From assembly GCA_002269645.1 (NCBI GenBank), contig NIVC01003960.1:1-64000 (forward strand): 64,000 nt of DNA, written 5' to 3'. Every line of letters starts with the position of its first letter. Position 1 is the first letter of the stretch. Under the pieces are notes generated by a model. That model was not told the origin of the DNA. It was given only the letters and a program-made list of their open reading frames with translations, and did not search any database. Below are positions 1 through 14,200 of this stretch, piece after piece. The DNA comes from Macrostomum lignano (Eukaryota). A program made the position numbers and the translations under genes.

Positions 1-1065
1 ACAGATAGAAAAGGCGACAGCCAAAAGGGGCAAGGGCGACAGTCAATACATGTGTTGGAATTCAAGTTCATAGGCCTAATGCATTAGACTTATAGTTATT
101 GTTGTAATACTAATAGGCCTATACTACATCTGAAATTCAACAGTCCCTTTTTATTGCCAAAATTTAAAGCAATGGTACATGTATACATGTGAGCTTAACA
201 TTAGGCCTAGGTCTAGGCTAATTTATAGGCCTGGACATGGTGGATGTGCCTTGCACAGCCTATGAATATAGGGCCAAATATAACAATTCAATGAATGCAG
301 CATTGTCCAACTGGTTTTTATGCATTTTAACTTCAATACCCATGTTTTTCAGTGCCTAGCATTTTGGTATCCCAGATTGCTTTTTGGTACCCTAGTTTAT
401 AACAGCAAAATAATAATAAAATGCAATCTTATAGCAAATATAATAAATACTTTATAAAACATTTAGGATTTCTAATGTCAATGAAGACAGTATCCATTTT
501 GTTAAACTAGGCCTAGTATGATTCCTAAATTTTGAAAAATCTGGTGAATTTAATTGCATGTATTTGCTATATCCTGTATTATAGGCCTATTAGAATTGTA
601 AGGCTCCACTTAGCATGCATGCTAAGAATAGTTATTTAGGTAAAGATAAAATTTATCAATAATGCTAGGCCCTAAATATAGTTTTGATTTCAAATTTTGA
701 ACAAGTGTTGTGACAAATCAATTTTAATATTGATTTCTTAAGTCACATGATCCTGTTTTATTTCTTGAGAAATCAAATAAAGGCTCATTCCATGAGTGTG
801 TCACACATAGGTTCATTTTTTTATTGTAACATTTTCTTTATTTTTTTATGTTTTTGAATGCACAAATATATATATATTTAGTTTCTATTGGCTAATATCA
901 ATTTTATTGCATATATTATTTAAATAAAGCTCTAGTCTATATAGTACCTCATGTGGCCTGTGACAAACATAATTGACTTTGTCTTTTTCCTACTTAATAA
1001 AATATTTCATTCAAAATATTTGTATAATATAAATTATTCTAGTAGAACAGCATGCTTGATAATGA

Positions 1066-1980
1066 GAAGTAAAAGAAAGGAGATTGCGAGCATTTTCATT
1101 AGAACAACATGTTTCGCCTAACATTAGGCATAATCGGGCAGATTGGAATTTATTTAAGTCAAAACGTAAAGTATAATTACATTTCAGTGGCAGATAGTCA
1201 GTGATGCACAAAATTGTCAGTGCATCAGCAAGATCAGTCTCAGACCAAATATAGGCACCTTTATATCCCCTACTATGGGGAGGCTTCGATCAGTTTTAAG
1301 AAAGTGCTCCTCTAGTGCTTTAAGCAGTTTTCTAATGATAATCTAAGAATCACCTTTTATTGCGATAAAGTTAGCCAGTATGTCTCTAAGCTTAAAAGCC
1401 ATGTGCCTCTGCAACTAAATGCAGGTATCGTCTACCAATTCCAGTGCTCTGTTGATCAGAGAGTTACCTAGATAATTCGAAACGGCACTTGTATGTTAGG
1501 GGCAGAGAACACTGGTTAAAGCCATCAGCAGTGCAAGACCATCTTATGGCTTGTAGTGAATGCGCCAACAGTGAACAAAATGATAGGTTTACTATCATAC
1601 ACAGTTGCAATATTGATCATCGCCTTAAGATTATTGAAGCTATGTACATTAAAAACTAGCAACCAACTTTAAATAAACAGTTGGGTTATTCCGGGGCTGG
1701 TGCTCTCCTGAGAGTGTTCTAACGTACACCCACTACCCGGCTCTCTCTCTCTTTCTCTCTCTCTCTCTTTCTCTGTCTGTCTTGGTTTTGATCTATTGAC
1801 TCCCCCCGTGTTTTGTTATTACAATTTTGTGCATCACTGACTATCTGCCACTGAAATATATTTATACTCTACGTTTGGCTTAAATTAAATAAATTCCCAT
1901 CTGCCCAATGATGCCTAAAGTTAGGCAAAACATGTCATTCTAATGAAAATGCTTGCAATCTCCTTTCTTTTACTTCTTAA
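1066..1980 (+). mobile_element. Decayed Penelope-like element 3' fragment (GIY-YIG endonuclease) with inverted terminal (pLTR-like) repeats
   Basis: 1250-1722 reads, with in-frame stops and one frameshift, HLYIPYYGEAS...KSHVPLQLNAGIVYQFQCSVDQRVT*I..KRHLYVRGREHWLKPSAVQDHL..C..C..RFTII..LKIIEAMYIKN*QPTLNKQL..LLRVF*, the GIY-YIG C-terminus typical of Penelope-like elements. 1066-1217 is an inverted copy of 1821-1978. A (CT)n tract follows the stop. Confidence 0.8.
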
Positions 1981-4639
1981 TATAAATTATGTATTTATTT
2001 GATAAAGTATTTACTTATGTTCTTTAAGAAAATAGACTTACGAGTAAGAATATATTAGGAAGATAGTAAAAATAGGCAATAAGGCAATAGGCTATATTAT
2101 TATGTACAAGTTACTTCTTCATTAGTTGATATCATGTCATGAAATGTTAGAATTTAATTAAATGTTATTTTATATCCTTTTGACCCTTAGTTGGTATTAG
2201 CACTGCTGACCAGGCAGATACCAGGGGTTGCTTGATGGGATAGCAGATGCTGGGGTCATTTTCCAGACTGCCTTCCATCGGAAGCTCCAACCATAACCCC
2301 CATCTCTGATATGATTTATTCAATTAGATATTTATCATGAAAAATGTTACTGTAAAAGTATTTATTAGTCTTACACTTATATTTCTTTACCAGAGTTGAA
2401 AAAAAATTTTCACAGTTGGTACCTTCGACTGTCACACTTTGACCATCACAAGAGAAAAGTGTCAAAACTTTTTTCTGCTTGTTTGTATACGTTTAATATT
2501 TTATATTACTAAGTATGGCTAATTTCCAGTTTGTGTATTGATTTTTATGGCTCTAAGATCTCAAAGACCGAAGAAAACACAAAAAAACAATTCACTCCCC
2601 TTTACCTTTGAGTTCTTTAACTTTGACCGTCACATGCACAATAAGCTGAATTAATTGAGAATCAAAAACTTCTGTGTCACAAGCTAAACAAGTTCAAAAG
2701 ATCTAGTTGGTTATTATTTTTTTGATGAAAAAAAGGCTGCAAAACCCCTTTTTCATATATTTTTTTGTGAAATTAATGTACCAACCTTCGATGGTCACAC
2801 TCGTGGAAATAGCCTAAAAGAAATTCAAATGAAATAAAAGCATTTTTAATTAAAACATCAAGTCAACTTAACAGAATGAATAATACCTTAGTTTTTTTTA
2901 ACAAAAAAGTACTACAAAGCGCTTAGACCCTGATGCTAAATTAGGGCTCATTTTTTATATTTTTATGTTAATTCTAATTAATAGAGCCTACTTTAGCCTA
3001 GGCATCAAAAAGCAAACTGGAGCACCAAAATGCAGGCACCAAAAAGTGTAGATACTGTCCAAGCAATTCTGAGTCAATAAGCAATTTAGATGATTTAGTT
3101 GTTTTTTTCATAGGCCTAACCTATATATGACAATCTTAAATGAGTCATATAATGACTTTGGCCAGAGCCTTAAAGCTGTATCAATAGCATTGTGTCTATA
3201 ACTACTCCATTCTTAATAGTGTATATTTATTAAAATATGCGTAGTTAAAATGTGTAATAAAGGTAGCTTGTATATTTTAAAAGTTGAAATGTATAAGTTA
3301 TTCATTTTAAAGAAATCAAATTTATGTAGCTTTAAAAAATACGCCTATGTCCTATTATTCAGTATTCATTATTCGGCAAGTTTATATCCAAATACTCAAT
3401 ATTTGGATTTGGTAAAATCTGATATTCCTTCTATCTCTACTAATAGATATCTTAATGATTGAGACAGGAGTAAGCCTAGTGCCTAGGCTCTATAAATTTT
3501 CAAATTTTCAACTTTTGTCATTTTTTATAATCATTTATCACAATTGTATACATAGTTAAATTATATAATTGTTTAATTGTCTAATCCCTATTGTAATATT
3601 GGAATCAAATCACTAAAAACTTATAGGCATCACACAATAAATTATTTCAAAGGGCCATATCTACACAGCCCTATTAGAATAAGTGGCTTGGACACTCCTA
3701 TGCAAGACAAAAAAGAATAAAGTTACTTATGTGCGTGCATATACAACTAGGTAAATGATAGAAATAACTATGATAGTCTTATTAAGGCTAAATGTCTCAT
3801 CATTTAATTAGTACTATTTTTATATTCTTTTTAGTTAGGCATTTTTGCTATTTATCCCTAGTCTATCACAATTTATAGTGCTATATTGGTCAGATCAACT
3901 AGCAGTTATGTATATATATTGATAATGAAGATCTTGTCTAACCTTTATGCCTATTGAAAATTTCCAAAAGTTATGATTTTCTAAAGAAATAGTTAAATAT
4001 GCAAAACTAATTATACTATTTTGTCATTTTTGTTAATGCAAGTATTTTAATTTTTTGGGTTGTCATTTTTGCATTTACCTTGATTAGACCTTTTGCCACC
4101 TGGCCAAGTAGGCTAGGTTTGGGTGTTAAGTGTGTTTATATATAAGTATAAATATAGGTAGCAACCATATATATGCAATACCTGGCTGATCTGTCTTAGT
4201 AAAGGTAAGTTGCAAGAATGCCTACTTATAAATAGACAAAGTACTAATTAGATGACAAAGCATTTAGTTTTAATAATATAGTAATAGTGACTAATGCCAT
4301 TTATCCAAAATTATATTATTGCAAAGTTTCTTTCATAGGTAAGTTACATTTTTGGTCAAAAAAGTCACATGGCTAGTATAAATCAGTATAAATCAATAAT
4401 ATAAATCAATTTGTCAATAGACATAAATATAAAAAATTGTTTAGAAATAAGAGAATTTGTTTATAGGCCTACTTAAATGCTAAAGTCTAGTCTAGTAATG
4501 ATACTAGTTTAGCAATATTGGTCACTTAGTTTAGCTTATTTAGAATTGGTTCATGCAATTTTCAATTTTATATATATAAGGCCTCAAGCACTTTTAGTCT
4601 ATACCCATTTGTACTCAAAAGTGCTTGAGGCCCTGTCAC

Positions 4640-4739
4640 ATAAAATCGCATAAACCAATTCTAAATAAGCAAATTTCCAATCATGGTTCTAGTGCCCTCC
4701 TATGTGTATTCTAGGTATATACTTGTGCTTCTCTTTCTT

Positions 4740-4802
<63 letters not shown>

Positions 4803-4818
4803 TCTCTCTCTCTTTCTC

Positions 4819-4874
<56 letters not shown>

Positions 4875-5090
4875 ATCTCTCTATCTCTATCTCTTCCCCT
4901 CATTGCAACTCAGTGAGTTATCTTTTGGACTATGCAATCTATTGTTAATTTATATACAATTTCTGACTTTTATTGACCCATTTCTTGTCTAAATTGCTAA
5001 ATACAAGTAAATAAACAAATAAATTATAACTAAATTTTAAAAGCATGAGGATGCCTGATGCAAGGCAAAATATGTTGCATAACAAAAAAT
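4640..5090 (+). mobile_element. Second Penelope-like 3' fragment
   Basis: 4650-4705 encodes KSHKPILNKQISNHGSSALLCVF*, homologous to the C-terminus of the element at 1066-1980 (QPTLNKQLGYSGAGALLRVF*). It is likewise followed by (CT)n and then a TGAGGATGCC..GGCAAAATATGTTG motif at ~5045-5078. Confidence 0.65.
4730..4892. repeat. (CT)n microsatellite within the Penelope-like 3' region
   Basis: Direct reading; accounts for the spurious LS/ER-repeat ORFs. Confidence 0.95.
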
Positions 5091-5863
5091 GATAGCACTC
5101 ATGTTATTAATTTTGCTTTTCATCAGATTTGCAAGTTGCAACTTTACCACAAAAATATTAGCTATTGAAGTACTAATAGACATAGGCAATAACATAATAG
5201 GTACAAGTTAAAAATGCATTTTTATTATCTATTATTAATTTTAGGTAAACGGTAGGAGTAACTATGACTATAGTATTAGTGCTTAATGCCTCATCATCTA
5301 ATTATTACTTATTAGACAGTTAAAGACAGTTAAAATGTCTTTTAAGTTTGAATTTTTGTAACCTACCTTGGCCAGACCTCTTACTCTCCATGTGACCCAA
5401 TTGGAGGGTCAGCCAGGTGTTGGGCATGTATGTTCTGATAGTCTCTTAGCCACAGAGGATATTTGGTAGCCTGTTGATTACAAGAAAATTCTACAACCAA
5501 GTTTACTATTAGACTAGCTTTAAGACCCTAGCGATTAGAAAGATAGTTGTATACAAAATTTAAATAGTTATATCCATGCTGCTATGTATACTGCTGGAAG
5601 TAGTCTCTAGACACACCAGTAGTATGATTCATTTTATCCCCACCATCCAATCCTAGACTGCTTTATAATTTTTTCAACAGCTAACCAATAGAAAAGCCAG
5701 CTTAGCTCATTCTTTGATAAAAAAGAATGTACAGTTTGTCAGTATAAAGTGTACACGCTCTCATCTATGTATAAGCTTAACCCTGTTTCACTCATTCAGA
5801 GATTTCAATCTCAACCATCGTCCCAAACGATACAACAAAATCATTCTATATCCTATTTGTACA

Positions 5864-8800
5864 ATGGACAAAAATGGACCAGACCAGTCTCAACCATTGC
5901 GCCGGGCTCCAGTGCCATCAATTGAACTGACTCAGGCTGCCAACACTCACCTTGGCGAGGACAGCCGTCTAGTCTCTAAACTATCAGTTGAAGAGAAAGA
6001 TAAAACCTACGAACAATATCAGGAGATTAAGAAAGAGCAGACTGGCAATTTGAATGGCGTATTAGCCGTATCGGCATTCGGTATCTCATTGGGTCTGTCT
6101 CTGCCGCACGGATTCAACACTGGCGTGCTCAATCCGCAAGAGCTGCACGTTAAAGAGTTTCTTAACGACAGCTACGTTGAACGATTTGGCGACATGCCAA
6201 CTAGAGCTTCGTTGGAATTGATGTGGTCGCTTGTTGTGTCGATCTATCTTGTTGGCGGCATGGCTGGTTCGCTGTCGTTTGGTTTGATTTCGGATAGACT
6301 TGGCAGGCGAGTGATGCTATGTTTTGTGCTATTTTTAGTAATTAGCTTACAATTCCAATGGACTCCTGTTCGACATGCTCAGGCCTTGTGGCTAACCCTG
6401 ATGGGTGTGAATCGTGGTGGGACTTTTTTTACTCAGCTGCAGGAGATCCGGGCATCCGGATGCGGCGAGGAGGCGTTGTCGCCAATTTCGCTAACCCCTG
6501 GCGACCACAACCAGCTAGTGCTGCGGTGTCAAGCAGGGAGATCCGGTGGTGCCGGTGTCCGCAGCGCGGTCCCCCTCCGGACAGTCCAGGTGGTAGATGG
6601 TCGCTCGCCCGGTAGTTTTTAGGTAGCGGACGAGCTAGCAGAGATTATAGGGCCTGAAAATATTGTGGGAGGTCCGGATTTGGGCCGAGAGGTAGGTGTG
6701 CTTGCTCTGAGTACGAGTAAAGGCGGGGAATTCACAGATAAAGTGCTCCGCATTCTCGACACCGGAGAGGCAGAAAGGGCATTCTTCGCTATGGTTTTTT
6801 TCCCTGAAAGTGATGAAGCCTGGCAAACCAGCCATGTCCGAAGAGGGCCATGATCACCGCCCTGATGTGATGTCCCTGCAGCTGAGTCCAAGCTGGGCCC
6901 TGCGGAGGGCGGAGGAAGGACAGGGGACAGCCGCTCGGGATTGCCAGCAGTCGGGGGCGTTAGCCCACCCCTCCCTGTCGTGGTAGGACAGTCAGACGCT
7001 TTTACCGTTCAGCTGCTCTGCCCCATCACTCGCCTGTGTTCAAAGCTTATTTTACACCTAAATCGGTTTTTTTGACGGATAAAATCCGCAGATGACATTT
7101 TACCCTTTTTTATTGCTAGCAAATTTTTCTACAAGTCAAACAGTAATTCAAATTCATATTGCAGCGCTAATGAAATCTGTTTAATTATAATAAGGCTTCA
7201 GTTCTGCAGGTTTCGGAAAAGATTAATCTCCTGCTTTTTTGAGGATTAGTCAAGGATGTCTAATTTATTTCCTGTTACTAGGCCAGCGCAGGGATTCGAT
7301 CTAATTACTGATGAAGCTCTCTCTTCGTCGCCTAGGCCTTTTCCGTTGCAATTATATCTCCGAATCCTCACTCTGTGCTAGCCCTAATGAACTCTCAATT
7401 AATTAATGATAATTAAACAATTTTAACAGGAAAAAGGCTGCCTACGTGTTTCTAGCATTTGTGGCACTAAGTTCTGTATTCTATGCCCTGTGCAAGGTAG
7501 CCAATTCAATGGAGATGCTATTCTTGGCTAGACTGATCTCCGGGTTCGGGTGCGGTAAGTCCTATTATTATAATACTGAGCTGATTGACAGCTCTGTGCG
7601 TGAAGCGTGCATGTCAAATCTATATAGTTTTCTGTATAAGGGGAAAAATCCCCCTTTTCACAGAATAGAGCTTTGAATGAATGCCTCTTTCTTATATGGC
7701 TTCCTTTTTGAACATAAAAATCTCGCCTATTTATTATAATCGTCATTTATATATTTATTTTTGAAACCGTTGGCACTCGTTTTTCTTTTGTGCGTTTAAG
7801 TGGCGCGGGTGTGTCTGCTGCACTGTCTACTTTATCTTTGTCTGTCTGCCTTTGTAGCCTTGCCTCTCGAGATTTTGTTCACCCTATAGTCGCTGTAAAC
7901 GCTTCGCTGCGCAACGTCCACGGGGTAATAACGTCTACATCGGCAGGCCGGGAGGCCACACCATCTTTATGTTAATATATATATATATATATATATTGTC
8001 CTATTCTTCTCTGTGTCTTGACTGAAGCGATTATTTAGCGCACAGAACAAAAGCTTTTTTCTTTAACTAACTGCCCACCCCATCTTTTATTCTCATCTTT
8101 CATTCTCTCTCTCTTTCTCCATGTGCATTTCTCTGTGGGCTCATTGCACTCTTAACCAGAAAGAATCTAGTCAGTCATTATACAATGGCTTAGGTTAGGT
8201 AATACAACCTTATTATTATAGCCTCTGGTTTTGAGGCTTCTTTTTTCTATCTATCTGCTTGCATACATGTATATGCGCTAAGCAAGTTAAGGATATAGTA
8301 GAGTGAACTACAGTTTGGCAAAAATGTGGGAATAGAAACTAGTTTGGGATAATGATGGTGCGGGATTTTCTCGCTTTCGTCGACAGCACGTGACTGTGTG
8401 CGTGCACTTGTGTGTGTCCGTGGGCCCGTGTTAGAGGACTCCCTAATCCTCTCTCTCCCTTCTGGTTGGGCTTTGCCCCCCCCCCTCTTCCCACTTTTTC
8501 TCTAGGCCACGCCTTTTCCTTTCGTCTATCGTGTCCTCTCCCTGTCCTCGCACACCCTCTTTGCCCGTCCCCACTCGGTCGGCTTCGGTCGATGCGTTCA
8601 GCTAAAAAAAGCATGCGGAGGCGGCGCAGGTCTTCTATGTGCGAAGACTTAGGGGAAGCTGTAGTTCGTTCAGGCACGCTTTCTACACTCGAAACGAAAG
8701 CTGATTTGTTTGAAACCGATACCCCAACTGGGTGTTATATTTCTATTTCTCTAAATGCATTTGAATCAGTTTTCCTGCATTTGCTTTTGTAAGAGTTAGA

Positions 8801-11109
8801 GTCACAGGGTTGCGTGCGTTAGTAAAGTTATAGTCGAATCTGACTTTCTCATCGCTTAGTGAAAACATATAGATAAGCTAGTAACATTCAAGTCAGACAA
8901 AATCAATGCAAGTTTGTTGTGGGATCATTTTTAAAATAAATCATTCTTCGGCTTCTTCGTTTTAGGCGCAGTAATGGATTATAAGTCCTATCTGATAAAC
9001 TTTGTTTCTTGTTAACAAGATTTTAGCTACGGGCATCGTTTAGAAGCCTTTAAAAAGTTCTGGAATGTACTATTATTAACTGCCTTGACAAGAAAACCGA
9101 GAGCCAAACTACATTAAGCTAGTAATTGAGTGTTGCTATAGATGCCTAGAAGCTGATAGGAGCATTTAGTAGGATAATGGGATAGATCGCTGCTAGTTTG
9201 ATTTGGTCCGGTTTGAACAGAGTCTATGCTAGCGAGAAATAACGAGGTCTGCCATAGAAGCCGAGTCCCATAAGCGTGGCCAAAGCCAAAATAGAAACAT
9301 CTCATTTTTAGCATACTAATACTATTGCTTTTGTCAGCCTAACTGAGAATAAAGCCACCCAAAATGAGAACCCTGCCTACGCTGACTGCGAAGGGCCTAG
9401 CTGCGTGCAGCCTTAGTCTATGGGCCATAGACAATAGGACAAGCAAAGTGATAAAAAGCCATCCAATGTGAGAATCGATTGGTCTATGCGTCGTATTCTT
9501 TTATTTTTATACCTTCTGAGCTTCTGAGCCATATGACTAGCCAATCCTAGCTTATCCTTTATAGTCTATGGCTCATAGGCTAGGCTGGACGCAGCTAGGC
9601 CCTTCGTATTCAGCGTAGGCAGGATTCTCACATTGGATGGCTTTTTATCACTTTGCTAATCCTTTATAGTCTATGGCCCATAGACTAAGGCTGCACGCAG
9701 CCAGGCCCTTCGCAGTCAGCGTAGGCAGGATTCTCACTTTGGATGGCTTTATTCTCAGTTAGGCTGACAAAACCAATACATTAATACCCATGCTTTAAGG
9801 GCGTTAATGGGAAAATCGGAGGGCGCCATTTATTCGAGTTTTTTTATTAACTTAGCGCGACGAATCGTTAGAAAAGAAAAGCATCTTGTCTCTGTGAAAA
9901 GCTCAAACCGTTTCTTCTATTTTGGCTCATCGTTCCATATTGCATGACAAATTAAGTTGTCTATGGCTTACTGTCTCGACTTGATTCAAGCGCTGGGCCA
10001 TAGAACCCCATGGGCCGTTCCGTTTTAGATGTCCCCAGTTCCACATAGCATGACAAAAGGAATAGCTCTTTTACACTGTAGATTCTGATTTAGGTGTGAC
10101 CGTGCGAAAACAAATAAATGAAATAAACAGCTAGACCATAGACTATTGCACCAGTGCAAGTGAGATGTAAACACTATTCTGTAGTCTATGGCCGGGTCCA
10201 AGCTGAGATTGATTAGTGCCCACTGCTTTCAATCGAGCAGCAGCCTCTGGCTTATAACTGCACTAGGCCATAGACGATACTACTCGTAAAGCCAATCAAT
10301 TTATTGCCCTGAGTACCCAGCTGCACTCTCCCACAGACTGCAAGCAAAGCAAGCTTTTTATGACTCTATTTCTGGTTAGAATAAAATCAAGTGAAGAATT
10401 ACAAAGCAAAATAATCTGGCCACAGAACTATGATTAGCTTTATTGGTCTTGTCAAGTGCAGTTCTATGCCAGCAAATGGGGATTTTTAATTTAATCGGTT
10501 CAATCATTAACTTCCGTGACAAATGGGCAGATACTAATGTCGTGCTATTTTGGAAAAGTAATCCATCAAAATGGTAAAAATTTCACTAAAAAAGAACCCT
10601 ATGACAGTTTTCGACGATGGGGTTTATTGGGTAATTTCCTACACTTACGAGTAACTGCTTTGTCTGCCCTCCCTGTACCATTAAGATAACAATCCAAGTT
10701 ACATCCAGTTAATTAGCAATGCTTGGTTCTAGTTAGCTTAGTTTACTGATGAAAAATTCCATCTATTTTGGAGGAATGATTTATCTTTTAGCCATGTCTT
10801 TTTGTACTTTAATAACAATATATTTGTAATACGCCATCTATATTCTCTCACAGTATGCCGTTTCGTCTGTTAGTTGCTTGTCCGTCTGTACTTTTGTGTG
10901 GATTGGAAGGAGCTTGTGGGTCTTATTTCTCCGCCTGACTGTCTGATCTGCTGTCGTTAAGTTTTCTGCCTTTAGCCAAATGCCGTCGCCCGTCTTGTCC
11001 TAGCTTATTGGCTTTCTAACGGGAGTTTACTTGTACAGCTACAATTTTGTAGTCTCTGTTTTTAGTCTGTCTTTGTGTGTGTGTCTGGCTGTCTTTGTAT
11101 GTCTGTCTT

Positions 11110-11152
<43 letters not shown>

Positions 11153-11170
11153 GCTTGTCCTGTCTGTCTT

Positions 11171-11216
<46 letters not shown>

Positions 11217-11246
11217 CTGTCTGTCTGTCTGTCTGTCTGCTTGTCC

Positions 11247-11287
<41 letters not shown>

Positions 11288-14200
11288 GCTTGTCCTGTCT
11301 GTCTGTCTGTACGTTTTTCTAAGCGTCTGTCTGTGTTTGTGTCTGTCTGTCTGTCTGTGTCCTACCTGCCTGTTTTCACTCGCCCATCTCTGTCTGAATG
11401 ATCAGAGTTATTTATTAAATTATTGCTTTTCAAAATCTAATTGCCCCCTGCTTTCCAGTAAAAAATCTACAGGTTTTTTTCTTACTACAGGTTCCTCAAT
11501 TTGCTAATTTATAGGTTCTCACAGCGCATGAAATACTTCGAATATATTTCTCCTGCTAAAGCTGACCCATCTATATTATAAATTCCCCTATAATTTATGA
11601 CCTAATTACCAGGCGCGGGCTCCGGCCTATCTCCTCTATTCTTAACCGAAATCGCTCCTGTGAACATTCGCGGCGCTATGGGCGTCCTGCACCAGCTTAT
11701 GCTCACTGTTGGCATCCTGGTATCGCAGCTGCTTGGCCTCAGCCAACTGCTAGGCCAATCCGACACCTGGCCTTACCTGTGCGCCCTTGTCTCCGCTCCC
11801 TGCCTATTCTGCCTGGCCGTAGTGCCATTCATACCGGACTCGCCGCGCTACTTAGTGGTACAATTAAATGACGAAAATGCCGCGGAGAAAGCGTTGAAGA
11901 AGCTTCGCAAAAATGAGCACGTCTCCGCTGCTATGCTAGAATTGCGGATGGATCGCAGGCGCGCTGAACTGCAACCTCCTTGGACTATCGGCATGATTCT
12001 GAAGGAGAAGAACTTCCGTTTACCCCTGCTGCTAGTTGTTGGGGTTAATCTTGCCCAGCAGTTGTCTGGCATTAACGTAGCTTTCTACTATAGTCACAAT
12101 GTGTTGAAACGGTCCGGCATTCCTCTTGATGCTATTCAATACGCTGTTATCGCTATTGGCGCGATCAATGTGGCTATGACTGGTGTGTCGGTAAGTAGCA
12201 TTTGCTCATTATTTTCTCATATCAGTTTTTTTCTCTATCAATGTTTGGCATGCTCTGATTGGTGCTATGTAGAAATGTAGAAAAGTGAAGCCGAGTATGA
12301 CCAAAATCTTCAAATCCTTAATTAGTATCACCTCCCTATTTCCCTAATCCTAAATGGGGACTAAATTCTACTTTCTCTAATCCCTATTGGGACTGAATTC
12401 CAATTTATCTAATTCATAATTGGGACTAAATCCCACTTTCTCTAATCCCCTAATTGGGACTGAATCCCACTTTCTTTAATCCATTATTGGGACTAAATCT
12501 CACTTTCTCTAATCCCCTAATTGGGGTTGTATCTCACTTTCTCTAATGCCCTAATTAGGGCTGTATCCCTTTTTCTATAATCCTCTAATTGGGGCTGTAT
12601 CTCACTTTCTCTAATCCCCTAATTGGGGCTGTATCCCTCTTTCTCTAATCCTCTAATTGGGGCTGTATCTCACTTTCTCTAATCCCCTAATTGGGGCTGT
12701 ATCCCTCTTTCTCTAATCCCCTAATTGGGGTTGTATCTCACTTTCTCTAATCCCCTAATTAGGGCTGTATCCCTCTTTCTCTAATCCCCTAATTGGGGCT
12801 GTATCTCACTTTCTCTAATCCCCTAATTGGGACTAAATCTCACTTTTTCTAAGCCTTAACCAATACTAAACACGTGTCCCTAATCAGAACTAAATTGTAC
12901 CTTCCTCGATCCCTATTTTGTTTTAAATGTGTAATTTTTCTAATCTTTAATTAAATAATTTAATTACGGCTTGGATCCTTTCTTTTAACTCGTCAAAATC
13001 TAGCTGGCTACCTATTGTATTCTTATGTGTGCTTTAATCCCACTTGGCAACATGCTAAACATTATACAAACTTTTTATTATATTTGTTGTACTGTTTGTC
13101 AACTAAGTGTGTCACCAGACTCACGTGATAAGTGTTGTACTGTAAGTTCTTAACGTTTTCTTTCAGAAATTTAGACTTTGTTGTGTCCCTTAATCGTTGG
13201 TAAGACCATAAACGGTTTGTATCGGTTTAATTTTGCGTTCATTCATCAATTCAGAACATTAAGTAATTATTGATTAAGTAACAAATTATTAAAGCTATAA
13301 TTATTGATTCGCAATGGACCATGATGATTTACTAATTAATTAATTATGTACTTTTTCATAGGCAACTTCACCTCAAATATGGAGATTCTCAAGTATATAA
13401 GTGCATTTATTCATTCAGTTCATACAGTTTCATAGTTTTATTGTCTGTCGCAATATTTGCAGCTAGAATTACGACCAATTTTACAGCTTGCTTGAGGGCC
13501 ATTGGACACAGCGCAAGAAAAAAGAATAGCACAGTTTTGCGTCAGTGTAAATTTCAAGTATTCAGCTCTAATAGATACAAAAGATGCAGCTCATATCTGT
13601 GTATGTGCCCTGTTGCGGAGTATTTATAGTTATACAGTGTGAGATATACAGCCTATGGCGCAGTGGGTCATTGTGTATAGAGCAATACTGGGGCTATTTT
13701 TCTGTGCAAAATGGTTACTAATAAATAACTCTTGTCTTTCTGGACACTGAGGCTAAGATTGAGCTAAGTTTGTGGCAATCTTTTGTTCTCCAAGCTGCTG
13801 ACCTCGTTTGATTGACAGGACTCGCACAATTTCTTTTTCTGTTGTGTAAGTATTGTTTTTGTCAGCTGTTTTTTTAAGAAAGAGAAAAAAACAAAAAAAT
13901 AAAGCTGAAAATCTAATGGTAATTTATCATCCTACTTTTAGTAGTGCAATGATTGCAATGATCGTGTTTTTTTGAATTTTGAAATTATTCTTAAGCGCTA
14001 ATGATTAATGATGCGAAAATATGTTTTTTAAATCGAGTCATCTTCAGTGCTTAAAAACCGTTTTTAAGGTACCATTTTTGTTAAAATATTGTTTATCAGA
14101 GTGCATTAAATTTGAGTGCATCTAAAGTAAAACAAATTCTAAAAAAAAAATAAATACGAATTAGTAAACGAATTTCACAAAGTACAAAGTAGTAAAACAC

